Below are positions 37,740-49,129 of a stretch of 64,000 nucleotides of DNA, piece after piece (position 1 is the stretch's first letter; every line of letters starts with the position of its first letter). The notes beneath the pieces were generated by a model. The model saw nothing but the letters and a program-made list of their open reading frames with translations, searched no databases and was not told the DNA's origin. This DNA comes from Isurus oxyrinchus. Taxonomy: Eukaryota. The DNA lies in contig JANJGN010000018.1 of NCBI GenBank assembly GCA_026770705.1, forward strand, positions 26,970,001 to 27,034,000, written 5' to 3'. A program made the translations under genes and the position numbers.

Positions 37740-38220
37740 TTCCAGGTGTTTCAAGGTGTTTTCGTTCAGCTCCGGCTCCACTTCCCGTTTCGCTTTCTCG
37801 CCGCCTCTGGGCTCCGGGTTTCGGCTGAGCCGATGGTCGGGGTTGGTTGGTCTTGGCTTGTCCGGGCAATGCTGCAGCTCCGGGGCTCTCAGTCTCCGCA
37901 GGAGCAGGAGCAGGAGCAGGAGCCGGCGCGGGCTCCGGGCTCGGGTTCGGGTTCGGGCACGGGCTCTCCCCATGCAGACTGGATGGGGAACCTGCCGCAT
38001 TCGCTCAGCGCCCTGCCCCTGGCCAATCTGGCCGTACCAGGTAAGACGGGAACCAGGCCCGGCGGGTGGGTGGGGGTGGGTTAGAGTTCGCCGCTGGACG
38101 CACTGGGCACTGGGATCTGGGGTCTGGTCTCCATTGCCGCCTGGCCTGGGGACCTGCCCGGAAATTGGGAGGTGTCCGGAATTTGGGATGGGGGCTCAGG
38201 TTTGGGTCTGGGATCGCCAA
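37740..38220 (+). promoter_or_regulatory. CpG island over PLCXD2-like exon 1
   Basis: High GC and CpG density relative to flanks; CACTTCCCG ETS-like motif near 37780. Confidence 0.75.
37869..38040 (+). CDS. PLCXD2: PI-PLC X domain-containing protein 2-like, exon 1
   Basis: MLQLRG...HADWMGNLPHSLSALPLANLAVPG matches the PLCXD ADWMxxLP..LxNLAIPG motif; donor CAG|gtaaga, phase 1; alternative in-frame ATG at 37833. Confidence 0.9.
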
Positions 38221-38531
38221 GGGCATGATGAGGAAATTTCTTTTATATCTCAGAGGGTGGTGACTGTTTGAAATTCTCTTCCCCAGAGAGCAGGGTCATT
38301 GAATACATTCAAGGCCGAGTTAGACAGATTCTGGACTAACAAGAAAGTCCATGCTTTGTGGGGAGGGGGGGGGGGGGGGGGGGGTAGGTGGGAATGTGGA
38401 GTTGAGGCCACAATCAGATCAGCCATGACCTTATGGAATGGGGGGAACAGGCTCGAGGGGCCGAATGGCCCACTTCTGCTGCTAAATAATATTTTCTCAG
38501 GCAAGCAGAGAGTATTCCATCACACTTCTGA

Positions 38532-38659
38532 TAAAAACAAAAAAACTGCGGATGCTGGAAATCCAAAACAAAAACAGAATTACCTGGAAAAACTCAGCAG
38601 GTCTGGCAGCATCGGCGGAGAAGAAAAGAGTTGACGTTTCGAGTCCTCATGACCCTTCG
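38532..38659 (-). mobile_element. PLE 3'-end fragment truncated within the hammerhead motif
   Basis: Near-identical to 41797-41892; flanked by TCTGA on both sides within a LINE fragment. Confidence 0.85.
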
Positions 38660-38822
38660 TCTGACCTGTGCCCTGTAGATGGTGGACAGACTTTGGGGAG
38701 TCAGGTGGTGAGTTACTCGCTGCAGGATTCCCAGCCTCTGACCTGAAAGCCACAGTATTTATGTGGCTAGTCCAGTTCAGTTTCTGGTCAATGGTATTAT
38801 AATGTAGGAAACATTATGTACA

Positions 38823-39036
38823 TAAACATATAAAAACAAAAAACTGTGGATGCTGGAAATCCAAAACAGAATTACCTGGAAAAACTCAGCAGGTCCGGCA
38901 GCATCGGCGGAGAAGAAAAGAGTTGACGTTTCGAGTCCTCATGACCCGGTCATGAGGACTCGAAACGTCAACTCTTTTCTTCTCCGCCGATGCTGCTGGA
39001 CCTGCTGAGTTTTTCCAGGTAATTCTGTTTTTGTTT
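38823..39036. mobile_element. Palindromic insertion made of two inverted PLE 3' ends
   Basis: ~85-bp near-perfect arms centred on 38947 (ATGACC-C-GGTCAT); direct repeat AACATTATGTACA at 38810-38822 and 39037-39049. Confidence 0.9.
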
Positions 39037-39407
39037 AACATTATGTACAGTAAGGTCCTGTGAAAACAGTGAGATAAATAACCAGATAATTGTTTTTGTT
39101 ATGCCCATGCAGCCTCTCTGTATTCCTTTCTACTGTTTGTACATTAAGTGCTGAATTTAAGCCTTAAAGCCTGACAGATCTCAGGCTTCTCGTAATGATT
39201 AATTGCAAAGTGTGCCAACCATTATTCAGCACAGGCACAATGGTGGCAGGGACAAACCAGAGAACCATTCCACGCCCCCAACGCAGCGCCATCTCTAGGC
39301 ATTGTCCAAAACGAATTTCTGAGCATCTGATTTAAGCATGGAGAAGATCAGGAAGTGAGAGTGGAAAGGTCAGGAACTCAGAGGCTAAAGGTCACAAACT
39401 TGGGAGA

Positions 39408-40390
39408 GTCAGCGCGGCGTGTTCACTGAACTCGGGGGGTGTGAGTGCCGCGTGTTCACTGAACTCGGGGGGTGTGAGCGCTGCGTGTTCGCTGAATCAC
39501 AGTGCAGAAGAGGCCCTTCAGCCCATCGAGACTGCACCAACACATGAGAAACACCTGACCTACCTACCTAATCCCATTTACCAGCACTTGGCCCATAGCC
39601 TTGAATGTTATGACGTGCCAAGTGCTCATCCAGGTACTTTTTAAAGGATGTGAGGCAACTCGCCTCCACCACCCTCCCAGGCAGCGCATTCCAGACCATC
39701 ACCACTCTCCGGGTAAAAAAGTTTTTCCTCACATCCCCCCCTAAACCTCCTGCCCCTCACCTTGAACTTATGTCTCCTTGTGACTGACCCTTCAACTAAA
39801 TGGAACAGCTGCTCCCTATCCACCCTGTGCATGCCCCTCATAATCTTGTACACCTCGATCAGGTCACTCCTCAGTCTTCTCTGCTCCAATGAAAACAACC
39901 CAAGTCTATCCAACCTCTCTTCATAACTTAAATGTTTCATCCCAGGCAACATCCTGGTGAATCTCCTCTGCACCCCCTCCAGTGCAATCACATCCTTCCT
40001 ATAATCTGGCGACCAGAACTGCACACAGTACTCCAGCTGTGGCCTCACCAAGGTTCTATACAATTCCAACATAACCTCCCTACTTTTGTAATCTATGCCT
40101 TGATTGATAAAGGCAAGTGTCCCATATGCCTTTTTCACCACCCCATTAACATGCCCCTCCACCTTCAGAGACCTATGGACACACACGCCAAGGTCCCTGT
40201 GTTCCTCAGAACTCCCTAGTGCACACTCAGGAGTGTGAGCGCTGTGCGTTCACTGAACTCGGGAGAGTGAGCCCCGCGTGTTTACTGAATTCGGGAGCAT
40301 AGGCACCGCGTGTTCACTGAACCTGGGAGTGTGAGCACTGCCTGTTCGCGGAAGCCATGAGTGTGAGCGCCATATCTTTGCTGAAAGCAG
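39408..40390. repeat. Degenerate ~33-bp tandem repeat (GTGTGAGCGCCGCGTGTTCACTGAACTCGGG) split by a CR1 insertion
   Basis: Units at 39408-39495 and 40222-40390. Confidence 0.75.
39495..40220 (-). mobile_element. Young 5'-truncated CR1 LINE
   Basis: ORF 39641-40186 LYRTLVRPQLEYCVQFWSP...; near-identical to 12072-12670. Confidence 0.93.
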
Positions 40391-41861
40391 TCGTTTCACA
40401 CCGTGTGCCACCGTGACTGTAAGTAATAAGAAACTGCGCATTGCAGGGCCCTTGATTCAGTTGAATACCAACCTGTTTAAATTATACTTATATATTATAT
40501 TCCGACCCATTGCTGGCTGGCTCTTGTTCTTCATGGGGAGCAACAGATGTCCTGTCCAACAAACCTGTGGTGCAAATGAATCGTGCTGAGTGTGTTTAAA
40601 TTTTAGTGTACTGATCCATAGTTGTCTTCTGCTGAGGGAAACCAGGCATGCTTTTTACAGGTGGGACTCTTAAGATGCATTGGGAAAGAAAGGAAGAACC
40701 TAAGGGAAATATCCGTGGCTAACTTAGGAAGTTAAAAACAATATCAAATAGAAAAAAGTAACTTATGTTTCCGTAGAGTTGAGTGGTAGATCAGAAGATT
40801 GGACAGATTATAAAGAACAGCAAAGAATGAATGAAAGATTAATAAGGCAAGTGAAATTAAGAGTACAAGAGAAAGCTAGCTGGACATATAAAAACAGATA
40901 GTAAGAGATTCTACAGGTATTTAGAAAGGAAAAGAGTAAGAAAAGTGAATGTTGGTCCACTGGACAGTGAGAATTAAAGCAAAATAAAGACATGGTGGAT
41001 TAATTGAACAGATATTTTGTGTTTGTCTTCACTGTAGAGGATATAAATAACATCCCACAAATAATCATAAGTCAGGAGGTTATAATCACCAGGGAAAGGG
41101 TACTGAACCTGTTTTTTTTTACCGAGCTTTTGGTCATCAGCCCTAATAACATGTTATATAGTAACGTGTTATATAGTTCGGCTTCATATTTTGTTTCATA
41201 ATGCTCCTGTGAAGCCCCTCGGGATGTTTCATTATGTTAAAGGTGCTAAATAAATGTAAGTTGTTGCAATCAAAAGCCTATTACCTGAAGTTAATGTTAC
41301 AGCTGTTAATTTTTTGTGTACTGTGTGGTTTGAAACGCTCAGCCAAAAAGAAATTCTACAACCTCGCTCGAATGTACTTCTGGTTCTCAGTGATTGGCAA
41401 TATTGAAACTGTTTTTGCAGATGACACATTTGATGTTGTCAGAATGGATTAGAAATGAGATTAGCTAAATCCCACATTGAGTGGCTTCATTAAGGCAGGA
41501 GCCATCTGCTCTGGAATACCGTGCATGATGAGTGGGAACAGCGGGTGGCATGGTGTGGACTGAAATGTGCTTTAGTGTTTTAAAGGAATATCAGAGAGCC
41601 AGGTTTTCAAATTTATATTGGCCAGGAGGTGAGGGGAATTGATTACAAAAGTAGGGAGGTTAAGCTTCAGTTATACAGGGCATTGATGAGACCTAATCTG
41701 GAGTATTGTGTACAGTATTGGTCACCTTATTTAAAGAAGGAGATAAATGCATTGGAAGCAGTTCAGAGAAGGTTTACCAGACTAATACCAGGAATGCAAA
41801 ACAAAAACAGAATTACCTGGAAAAACTCAGCAGGTCTGGCAGCATCGGCGGAGAAGAAAAG

Positions 41862-41900
41862 AGTTGACGTTTCGAGTCCTCATGACCCTTCGACAGAACT
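41862..41900 (-). ncRNA. Minimal hammerhead-ribozyme-like motif in the PLE 3' terminus
   Basis: Reverse complement AGTT-CTGTCGA-A-GGGTC-ATGAG-GACTC-GAAAC-GTC^AACT. Confidence 0.7.
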
Positions 41901-42290
41901 TGATTTCGAGTCCAAGAAAGAGTTGAAATATAAGCTGGTTTAAGGTGTGTGTGTGGGGGGGCGGAGAGATAGAGAGAGAGAGAGGTGGTTGTGTAGACAA
42001 ACAAGCAGTGATAGAAGCAGATCATCAAAAGATGTCAGTGACAATGGTACAAAAGAACACATAGGTGTTAAAGTTAAAGTTGGTGATATTATCTAAACAA
42101 ATGTGCTAATTAAGAATGGATGGTAGGGCACTCAAGGTACAGCTCTAGTGGGGGTGGGGGGAGCATAAAAGATTTTAAAATATTTAAAAATAATGGAAAT
42201 AGGTGGGAAAAGAAAAATCTATATAATTTATAGGGGAAAAAAAAGGGAAAAAGGGGGAAACAGAAAGGGGGTGGGGATGGGGGAGGGAGC

Positions 42291-43472
42291 TCACGACCTA
42301 AAGTTGTTGAATTCAATATTCAGACCGGAAGGCTGTAAGGTGCCTAGTCGGAAGATGAGGTGTTGTTCCTCCAGTTTGCGTTGGGCTTCACTGGAACAAT
42401 GCAGCAAGCCAAGGACAGACATGTGGGCAAGAGAGCAGGGTGGAGTGTTAAAATGGCAAGCGACAGGGAGGTTTGGGTCATTCTTGCGGACAGACCGCAG
42501 GTGTTCTGCAAAGCGGTCGCCCAGTTTACGTTTGGTCTCTCCAATGTAGAGGAGACCACATTGGGAGCAACGAATGCAGTAGACTAAGTTGGGGGAAATG
42601 CAAGTGAAATGCTGCTTCACTTGAAAGGAATGTTTGGGCCCTTGGACGGTGAGGAGAGAGGAAGTGAAGGGGCAGGTGTTGCATCTTTTGCGTGGGCATG
42701 GGGTGGTGCCATAGGAGGGGGTTGAGGAGTAGGGGGTGATGGAGGAGTGGACCAGGGTGTCCCGGAGGGAGCGATCCCTACGGAATGCCGATAAGGGGGG
42801 TGAAGGGAAGATGTGTTTGGTGGTGGCATCATGCTGGAGTTGGCGGAAATGGCGGAGGATGATCCTTTGAATGCGGAGGCTGGTGGGGTGATAAGTGAGG
42901 ACAAGGGGGACCCTATCATGTTTCTGGGAGGGAGGAGAAGGCGTGAGGGCGGATGCGCGGGAGATGGGCCGGACACGGTTGAGGGCCCTGTCAACGACCG
43001 TGGGTGGAAAACCTCGGTTAAGGAAGAAGGAGGACATGTCAGAGGAACCGTTTTTGAAGGTAGCATCATCGGAACAGATGCGACGAAGGCGAAGGAACTG
43101 GGAGAATGGGATGGAGTCCTTACAGGAAGCGGGGTGTGAGGAGCTGTAGTCGAGGTAGCTGTGGGAGTCGGTGGGTTTGTAATGGATATCGGTGGACAGT
43201 CTATCACCAGAGATTGAGACAGAGAGGTCAAGGAAGGGAAGGGAAGTGTCAGAGATGGACCACGTGAAAATGATGGAGGGGTGGAGATTGGAAGCAAAAT
43301 TAATAAATTTTTCCAAGTCCCGACGAGAGCATGAAGCGGCACCGAAGTAATCATCGATGTACCGGAGAAAAAGTTGTGGAAGGGGGCCGGAGTAGGACTG
43401 CAACAAGGAATGTTCCACATACCCCATAAAGAGACAGGCATAGCTGGGGCCCATGCGGGTACCCATAGCCAC
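42291..43472 (-). CDS. PLE ORF remnant: RT motifs B-E, thumb and GIY-YIG endonuclease (393 aa, no stops)
   Basis: AMGTRMGPSYA, RYIDD, LPFLD, NLVYCIRCSQCGLLYIGETKRKLGDRFAEH. Confidence 0.92.
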   Translation of the reverse strand: MAMGTRMGPSYACLFMGYVEHSLLQSYSGPLPQLFLRYIDDYFGAASCSRRDLEKFINFASNLHPSIIFTWSISDTSLPFLDLSVSISGDRLSTDIHYKPTDSHSYLDYSSSHPASCKDSIPFSQFLRLRRICSDDATFKNGSSDMSSFFLNRGFPPTVVDRALNRVRPISRASALTPSPPSQKHDRVPLVLTYHPTSLRIQRIILRHFRQLQHDATTKHIFPSPPLSAFRRDRSLRDTLVHSSITPYSSTPSYGTTPCPRKRCNTCPFTSSLLTVQGPKHSFQVKQHFTCISPNLVYCIRCSQCGLLYIGETKRKLGDRFAEHLRSVRKNDPNLPVACHFNTPPCSLAHMSVLGLLHCSSEAQRKLEEQHLIFRLGTLQPSGLNIEFNNFRS

Positions 43473-44319
43473 ACCTTTTATTTGGAGAAAGTGAGAGGAG
43501 TTGAAGGAGAAATTGTTTTTCTTTGTTTTTTTGTTTTTTTTTGTTTTAATACCAGGAATGGGTGGGTTGCCTTATGAGGAAAGGTTGGACAGACTAGGCT
43601 TATATCTGCTGGAGTTTAGAAGAGTAAGAGGTGACATGATTGAAACCTTTAAGATCCTGACAGGGTGAATGTGGAGAGGATGTTTCCTCTTGTGGAAGAA
43701 TCTAGAACTAGGGGTCACTGTTTAAAAATAAGGGGTCATTCATTTAAGACAGAGATGAGGAGAATTTTTTTCTCCAAGGGTTGTGAGTCTTTGGAACTCT
43801 GTTCCTGAAAAGGCGGTGGAAGCAGAAGCTTTAAATATTTTAAAGGCAGAGCTGGATAGATTCTTGATTAACAAGTGGGTGAAAGGTTATCGGGGGTAAG
43901 CAGGAATGTGGAGTTGAGGTTACGTTCAGATCAGCCATGATCTTATTAAATGGTGCAGCAGGCTCGAGGGGCAGAGTGGCCTACTCCTGCTCCTAGTTTG
44001 TATTTCTGTATGTGGCAAGCCAGACAGCCAATCAGAGGCGCCGAGCCCCTCTAGGTGGCTGGTGCCAGTGGCCATGTTGGGGGCTGCTGTTGACTTGCTG
44101 AGGGAAGCAGGCAGCTCCCCACAAGGACAGGAGGTGAAAGATGGTATAAAGTAGCTGTGGAAGCCAAGCCGAGGTACTGCTCAAGTCCTGGAGCTAGATG
44201 ACCCATCAAATTTCACAAAAAACACAGGTGGAGATTAAAAAATGTTTTTTAACCACTAACACACACCAGACTGGCTTCATCTCAAAAAAAGATTGAAAAT
44301 CCCATTCTGTCCCATGACA

Positions 44320-44640
44320 GGCCCTTTCCTGTCCTTACACAGCCCCTCGGGATTGTGGATGACTTGCGTCCAGTCCAGTTCAATGGGTTTTGAAATGGCT
44401 GATGAGTCCAATGTGTGATTTGCACACGCTGCTACAGTTGGGGCAGGTGGTGTTTGAAGGTTTGGGTAGGTGGTTATGCGCTCCCTCAGATCCCTTGACT
44501 TCACCTCTGCGTGCCCCTGACGATATGTTCAGTGCCGTCCTGAATGAGCGATCTCCATTTTGGTCAGTCACGACCTAGGGTCTCCTGTGAGTCAGCAGGG
44601 ATGTTTGACCTCTTCAGGGATGCTTTGAGGCCGTCCCTCA
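44320..44640 (-). mobile_element. RTE-clade-like LINE 3' fragment
   Basis: C-terminal TCPNCSSVCKSHIGLISHFKTH, a C2H2-like motif typical of RTE ORF ends. Confidence 0.65.
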
Positions 44641-44889
44641 AGATCTTTAAGGAGCTTAGGGAGTTATTAATTGGCAATGAGCCCTCATTCCACCGCCCCC
44701 GCCCCACTGCTGCCCGCAGGCCCTTTGAAAATTGCAAACTGCCTCATAGGGAGCAGGATCAACAGTCGTCCTCTAGGAAGACCATTTTCAGATCCGGCCC
44801 ACATCCCTTCCCGCACCCCCTCCCTAAACTGGGAATTGAAAATCCAGCTCCATGTGTTGTTGTATTCTGGTGTTGTATTCTTGGAGAGC

Positions 44890-45225
44890 CAGTGGCACAG
44901 TGATATTGTCACTGGGCTGGTATTCGAGAGACCCAGGGTAATGCTCTGGGGACCTGGGTTCAAATCCCACCACAGTGAATTCAATAAAAATAAAAAGTCA
45001 GATGATGACCATGAAACCATTGTTGATTATTGTAGTGAACCCATCTGGTTCACTAATGCCCTTCAGGGAGGAAAATCTGCTGTCCTTACCTGGTCTGGCC
45101 TACATGTGACTCTAGACCCACAGCAATGTGGTTGACTCTTAAATGCTCTCTGAACAAGGTCAATTAGGGATGGACAATAAATGCTGGCCCAGCCAGCAAT
45201 GCCCACATTCCATAACAAATAAATT
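44890..45225 (+). mobile_element. tRNA-derived SINE, full length
   Basis: GTGGCACAGTG A-box, GGGTTCAAATCCC B-box, body, LINE-shared tail AATTAGGGATGGACAATAAATGCTGGCC. Confidence 0.85.
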
Positions 45226-46084
45226 TTTAAAAATGGTTTGTTAAGGAAGAAGTTAATAGATCTGTTTTCTGCGTGATCTTTCATTGGCCTCAGTTTTACT
45301 TTGAAAATTAATGAGACTGCATTGATTCTTGTGCCTGGCTTCTTCTGCTTGCATCCCTTTCTTAAACCTGTTTGAAAACCATGCCATTTTGCATCACTTT
45401 GCTTTTTGGTATGTTCATGACACTCGGGTACTGCCTGATGACCTTATAGTTTTCTCAGCTGTGCTATGTATAATCTGAGCACTTTATTTATCACACATCT
45501 CCACCCTGTGTTATGCTGGTAAGATTCTCCATTAGTTCTCCATTCAGTTATATTTTTATTCGTCACTAAATCGGCATTTTTAACAACACCTTAATCAATT
45601 GTCTCAATGTTATAGAGTGAGATATAAAGTTTTTTGAATGAATTACTCTATATGCTGTCTTGATTACCACTAGAAGAACATGGCCAAAGGCTACTTCTGT
45701 GCGTTCCAGGCTGGTCTCTTTAACCATCTAAAACTCTGCTGTCCATGTCATAACCACACCAGGCTCAGTCCACTCATTACCCCTGTGCTTGCTGACCTAT
45801 ACTGGCTCCCAGTCCAGCCACACCTCACATTTAAAACACTCATCCTTGTGTTGAAATCTTTCCCCCACCCTATTCTCTGAGTCTGTAACCTCCTCCATCC
45901 CCAAAACCTTCTGAGAACTCCGCTTTCCTCTTGTGCATCTCCGACTTCCTTTGCCCCTTCATTGGCCTTCAGCTGTCAGGGGCCTAAGCTTGGAAAGTCC
46001 CTCTCTAAACCTCTCCACCTCCCATTGCTGCTTTGAGACCCTCCTTAAAACCTACCTCTCTGATTGAGTTTTTAGACACTTGTC

Positions 46085-46495
46085 ATTGAAAAGTATAAAA
46101 TTCTGACAGGGACAGATTGGATGCAGGGATGATGTTTCCTCTGGCTGGGGGGGGAGGGGGGGGGTGCGGGTGGGGGGGGACGGTTGGTGTCTAGAACAAG
46201 GGGTCACAGTTTCAGGATATGGGATAGGCCATTTCGGACTGAGATGAAGAGAAACTTCTTCACTCAGAGGGTGGTGAACCTGTGGAATTCTCGACCACAG
46301 GAGGCTGTGGAGGCCAAGTCACTGAATATGTTTAAGAAGGAAATAGATAGATTTCTGGACTCCAAAGTCATCAAGGGGTCTGGGGAGAGAGTGGGAATAT
46401 GGTGGAGAGATAGAGGATTGGCCTTGATCATATTGAATAGTGGAGCAGGTTTGAAGGGCCAAAATATCTACTCCTGCTCCGACTTTCTATGTTTG
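46085..46495 (+). mobile_element. CR1 3' fragment nested in an L2 3' fragment (45720-46590)
   Basis: RTRGHSFRI...FFTQRVVNLWNS. Confidence 0.8.
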
Positions 46496-46715
46496 TCCCA
46501 ATATATCCTTGTCTGATTATGTTCCTGTGAAGCATTTTGGGGACATTTTCCTACATGAAAGGTGCTATCTAAGTGCAAGGTTTGTTGTTGTTCTAGGCAA
46601 TAAAATTACCTGAATGATGTGAGCATTAGCTTGCATTTAGTACTGGGACTCAAGACCTATGGCAGCAGAGAGTTTTCTTATCAAAGACACAAAGGTTTGA
46701 TAATGAGACGGTGTC

Positions 46716-46955
46716 TGTAAATGGGATCCAAGCCAAATGGTGAAGTAGAAACCAAGGCAAAGAGATTTTCTTTGTTGAGAGAGCTTATTGACTTTTCAGT
46801 CTCACAGCTCTGCTCCCATTCAACTCAGTGTCCCAATTGTCCCCTATTTATATGTACTCAAAGACCATTAATACCAATCACCTATTTTTCTTAAACTTAA
46901 CAATGTAATTGACATTTAACAAACCTTAACAAAGTAATGTGACAAGTCATTAACA
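46716..46955 (-). mobile_element. ~240-bp solo LTR, second copy
   Basis: TGTAAAT...ATTAACA termini, TSD GTGTC/GTGAC, collinear with 27681-27919. Confidence 0.8.
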
Positions 46956-47637
46956 GTGACAACCTATAACTGGGATGTGCTCTTTGGTTAGTCTGTCTTG
47001 AAGCAAGCCCTTCCTTTATGTTGAAAGCAAAATATGCGGTTGCTGGAAATCTGAAATAAAAACAGAAAATGCTGGAAAAACTCAGCAGATCTACAATTCA
47101 AGTTACTGGACACAGTGCTTTAATTCAGAATAGAATTATTGGCCAGAACTTTACATTCGGGGGTCAGACGTGTACTCAGCCCGACTGAACGTAAAACATC
47201 ATCAAATGGCGTTGGGCATGCTTCCTGATGTCATCGCACAAGTGCTCAATTTTGTGGTTGGCGGGCACTTGTGCGAATTGGATCCATGCCCAATTGCCAA
47301 TTAAGGCCATTAAAAAGCCAACTGTCAGTGATTTTCTGCTGCCCGCGCAATTTTAAGCTCATCGCACGGGCAAAACCAGGTGGGCGGATTTCACGTTTTT
47401 ATCATTTCCTCAAACACGGGCAGGATAAAAGGCCCCCAGAGCAGCAGCACTTTCTCTGTCATTGCCAGTTCTTTGCTGTGTGAGTCGAGAGTTGTCCCAG
47501 AGTTTCTTGGCATCTCGTTTGATTGTCCAACCTGTCTTTCAGCATCTCATGTCCTCATCTTCCCTGGAAGCTTCCCCTGAGTATTGCAGCACAGTGTTCC
47601 TTCACTTACAAGGCACTGCTGCTCTGCACCCCGTTTA

Positions 47638-48851
47638 ATGGGGATAGTGTATTCCGCTGGTGGAACCTCCTCTGAAGAGGGAGAGAGGGGCAGGAGGGAG
47701 AGGAGACCAGGTGGGCATGGGACAGACCTTTAAGAGGAGAGGCACGGGCTCAGTTGGTGCAGGGCCAGCAGAGAGGCCAAAGCAGGAGGGCATGCCGAAG
47801 ATGCCACTACCCAATATCTACAGGCAGCGCTCCAATAACCTCCAGATGTCCGAGGCCCAGTGCTGCAGGAGGCTTCGCATCTCCAGGGACACAGTGACAG
47901 CAATTTATCACATGACATGTCCAGAAATCACCTCCAACTGCGTGGGCAGACACCCCTTGCTACTGGCTTTGAAGGTCATGGTGGCCCTCAACCTCTATGC
48001 CTCTGGTTCCTTTTAGGGCTCAGTGGGAGATCTGTGTGGCGTTTCTCAATCAGCTGCACACAGTTGTGTCAAGCTCATGACTAATGCTATCTTTAGACAC
48101 GACCGCATGTTCACCCACTTCTGGACAGATGAAGTGAGCCAGGCAGAGAGAGCACGAGGCTACACTGCGATGGCTGGGTTCCCCCACGTCCAGGGTGTAA
48201 TAGATGCACTCACGTGGCCATCAAGGCGTCAGCAGGTGAGCCGGGACCTTTCGTAAACAGAAAGGGCTTCCACTCAATGAATGTTCAAATTGTCTGTGAC
48301 CAAAGCACGTGGAGTCTCCAAGTTAGTGCCCGTTACCCTGAGATCTCACACGATGCTTACATCTTGTGGCAGTCACAGGTACCAAGGCTGTTCATGGCTC
48401 CTCCATGAGTGGATGGATGGCTCCTGGGTGACAAGGGCTATCCCTTGAAGAGGTGGCTGATGGCCCCACTCCATCACCCAAGAACTGAGGCCAAAGAGAG
48501 ATACAACAGGAGTCATGCCTCTACAAGGGCGGTGGTGGAGAGGACCATTGGACTGCTGAAGATGCGCTTCAGATGCCTGGAGCGGTCAGTGGGAGCTTTG
48601 CATTATCCTCCAGAGTGTTTCTCCCTCATAGTTATTGCATGCTGTGCCCAGAACAACCTGATTCTGGCAAGGGGGCCCCACTGGAGGCTGAGGAAAGCGA
48701 GGCAGCTCCACAGGCCATGGAGGATGACACAAGTGATGGCTCAGAGGAAGAGCCTGGGGAGGCGCAAGGTGAGGACCTCGAGGCAGAGGACAGGAACCTT
48801 CATGGAGGCAGGGACACCAGGGATGCTTTGATCCAGCAAACCTTCTGCTAG
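47638..48851 (+). pseudogene. Harbinger (HARBI1-like) DDE transposase, frameshifted
   Basis: [69 protein letters not shown] across several frames with stops. Confidence 0.92.
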
Positions 48852-49129
48852 GCATACAAAGCATTGATGCCTCATTAAGCCAATGGCTCTGTCTCTTTTG
48901 CTAACAAGCAATAAATGAGAACCCAACACAGAACGCCAGCACCACACAATGCCATACTTTAACAAGCCGGTGCTGTATCAGCACCTATTAAAACTATCCA
49001 GCCAACTCGGCCCATTTAAGTTAAAGAAATGTTTATGTTACTTCACATGAACAAACAAAGTGTCCACCTCCAACACAAGAGTCAAAACGAAAACGCAAAA
49101 ATCTCACCCATGACATACTCCTGCTGTGC

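Larger units (their letters stand above)
41797..43546 (-). mobile_element. Young 5'-truncated Penelope-like retroelement
   Basis: Uninterrupted RT C-terminal plus GIY-YIG ORF; 14-bp TSD TAATACCAGGAATG (41783-41796 and 43547-43560). Confidence 0.95.
41625..44012 (+). mobile_element. CR1 LINE 3' part (41625-41796 and 43547-44012) interrupted by a Penelope element
   Basis: RRFTRLIPGM continues as GGLPYEERLDRLGL after the insertion. Confidence 0.88.

Noticed and set aside
37458-38271. Overlapping ORFs around PLCXD2 exon 1 (180 aa minus, 171 aa plus)
   Set aside because: By-products of the GC-rich CpG island and hexamer repeats; only one frame has the PLCXD motif and a compatible splice phase
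42617-43474. 285-aa alternative-frame ORF over the PLE
   Set aside because: Pro/Ser-rich shadow frame of the RT ORF with no domain motifs
44890-44975. tRNA-like A/B boxes
   Set aside because: They are SINE heads: multi-copy with SINE body and tail and no intact cloverleaf
47638-48851. Domesticated HARBI1 host gene
   Set aside because: Multiple stops and frameshifts, flanking TIRs and a partner gene indicate a decayed transposon
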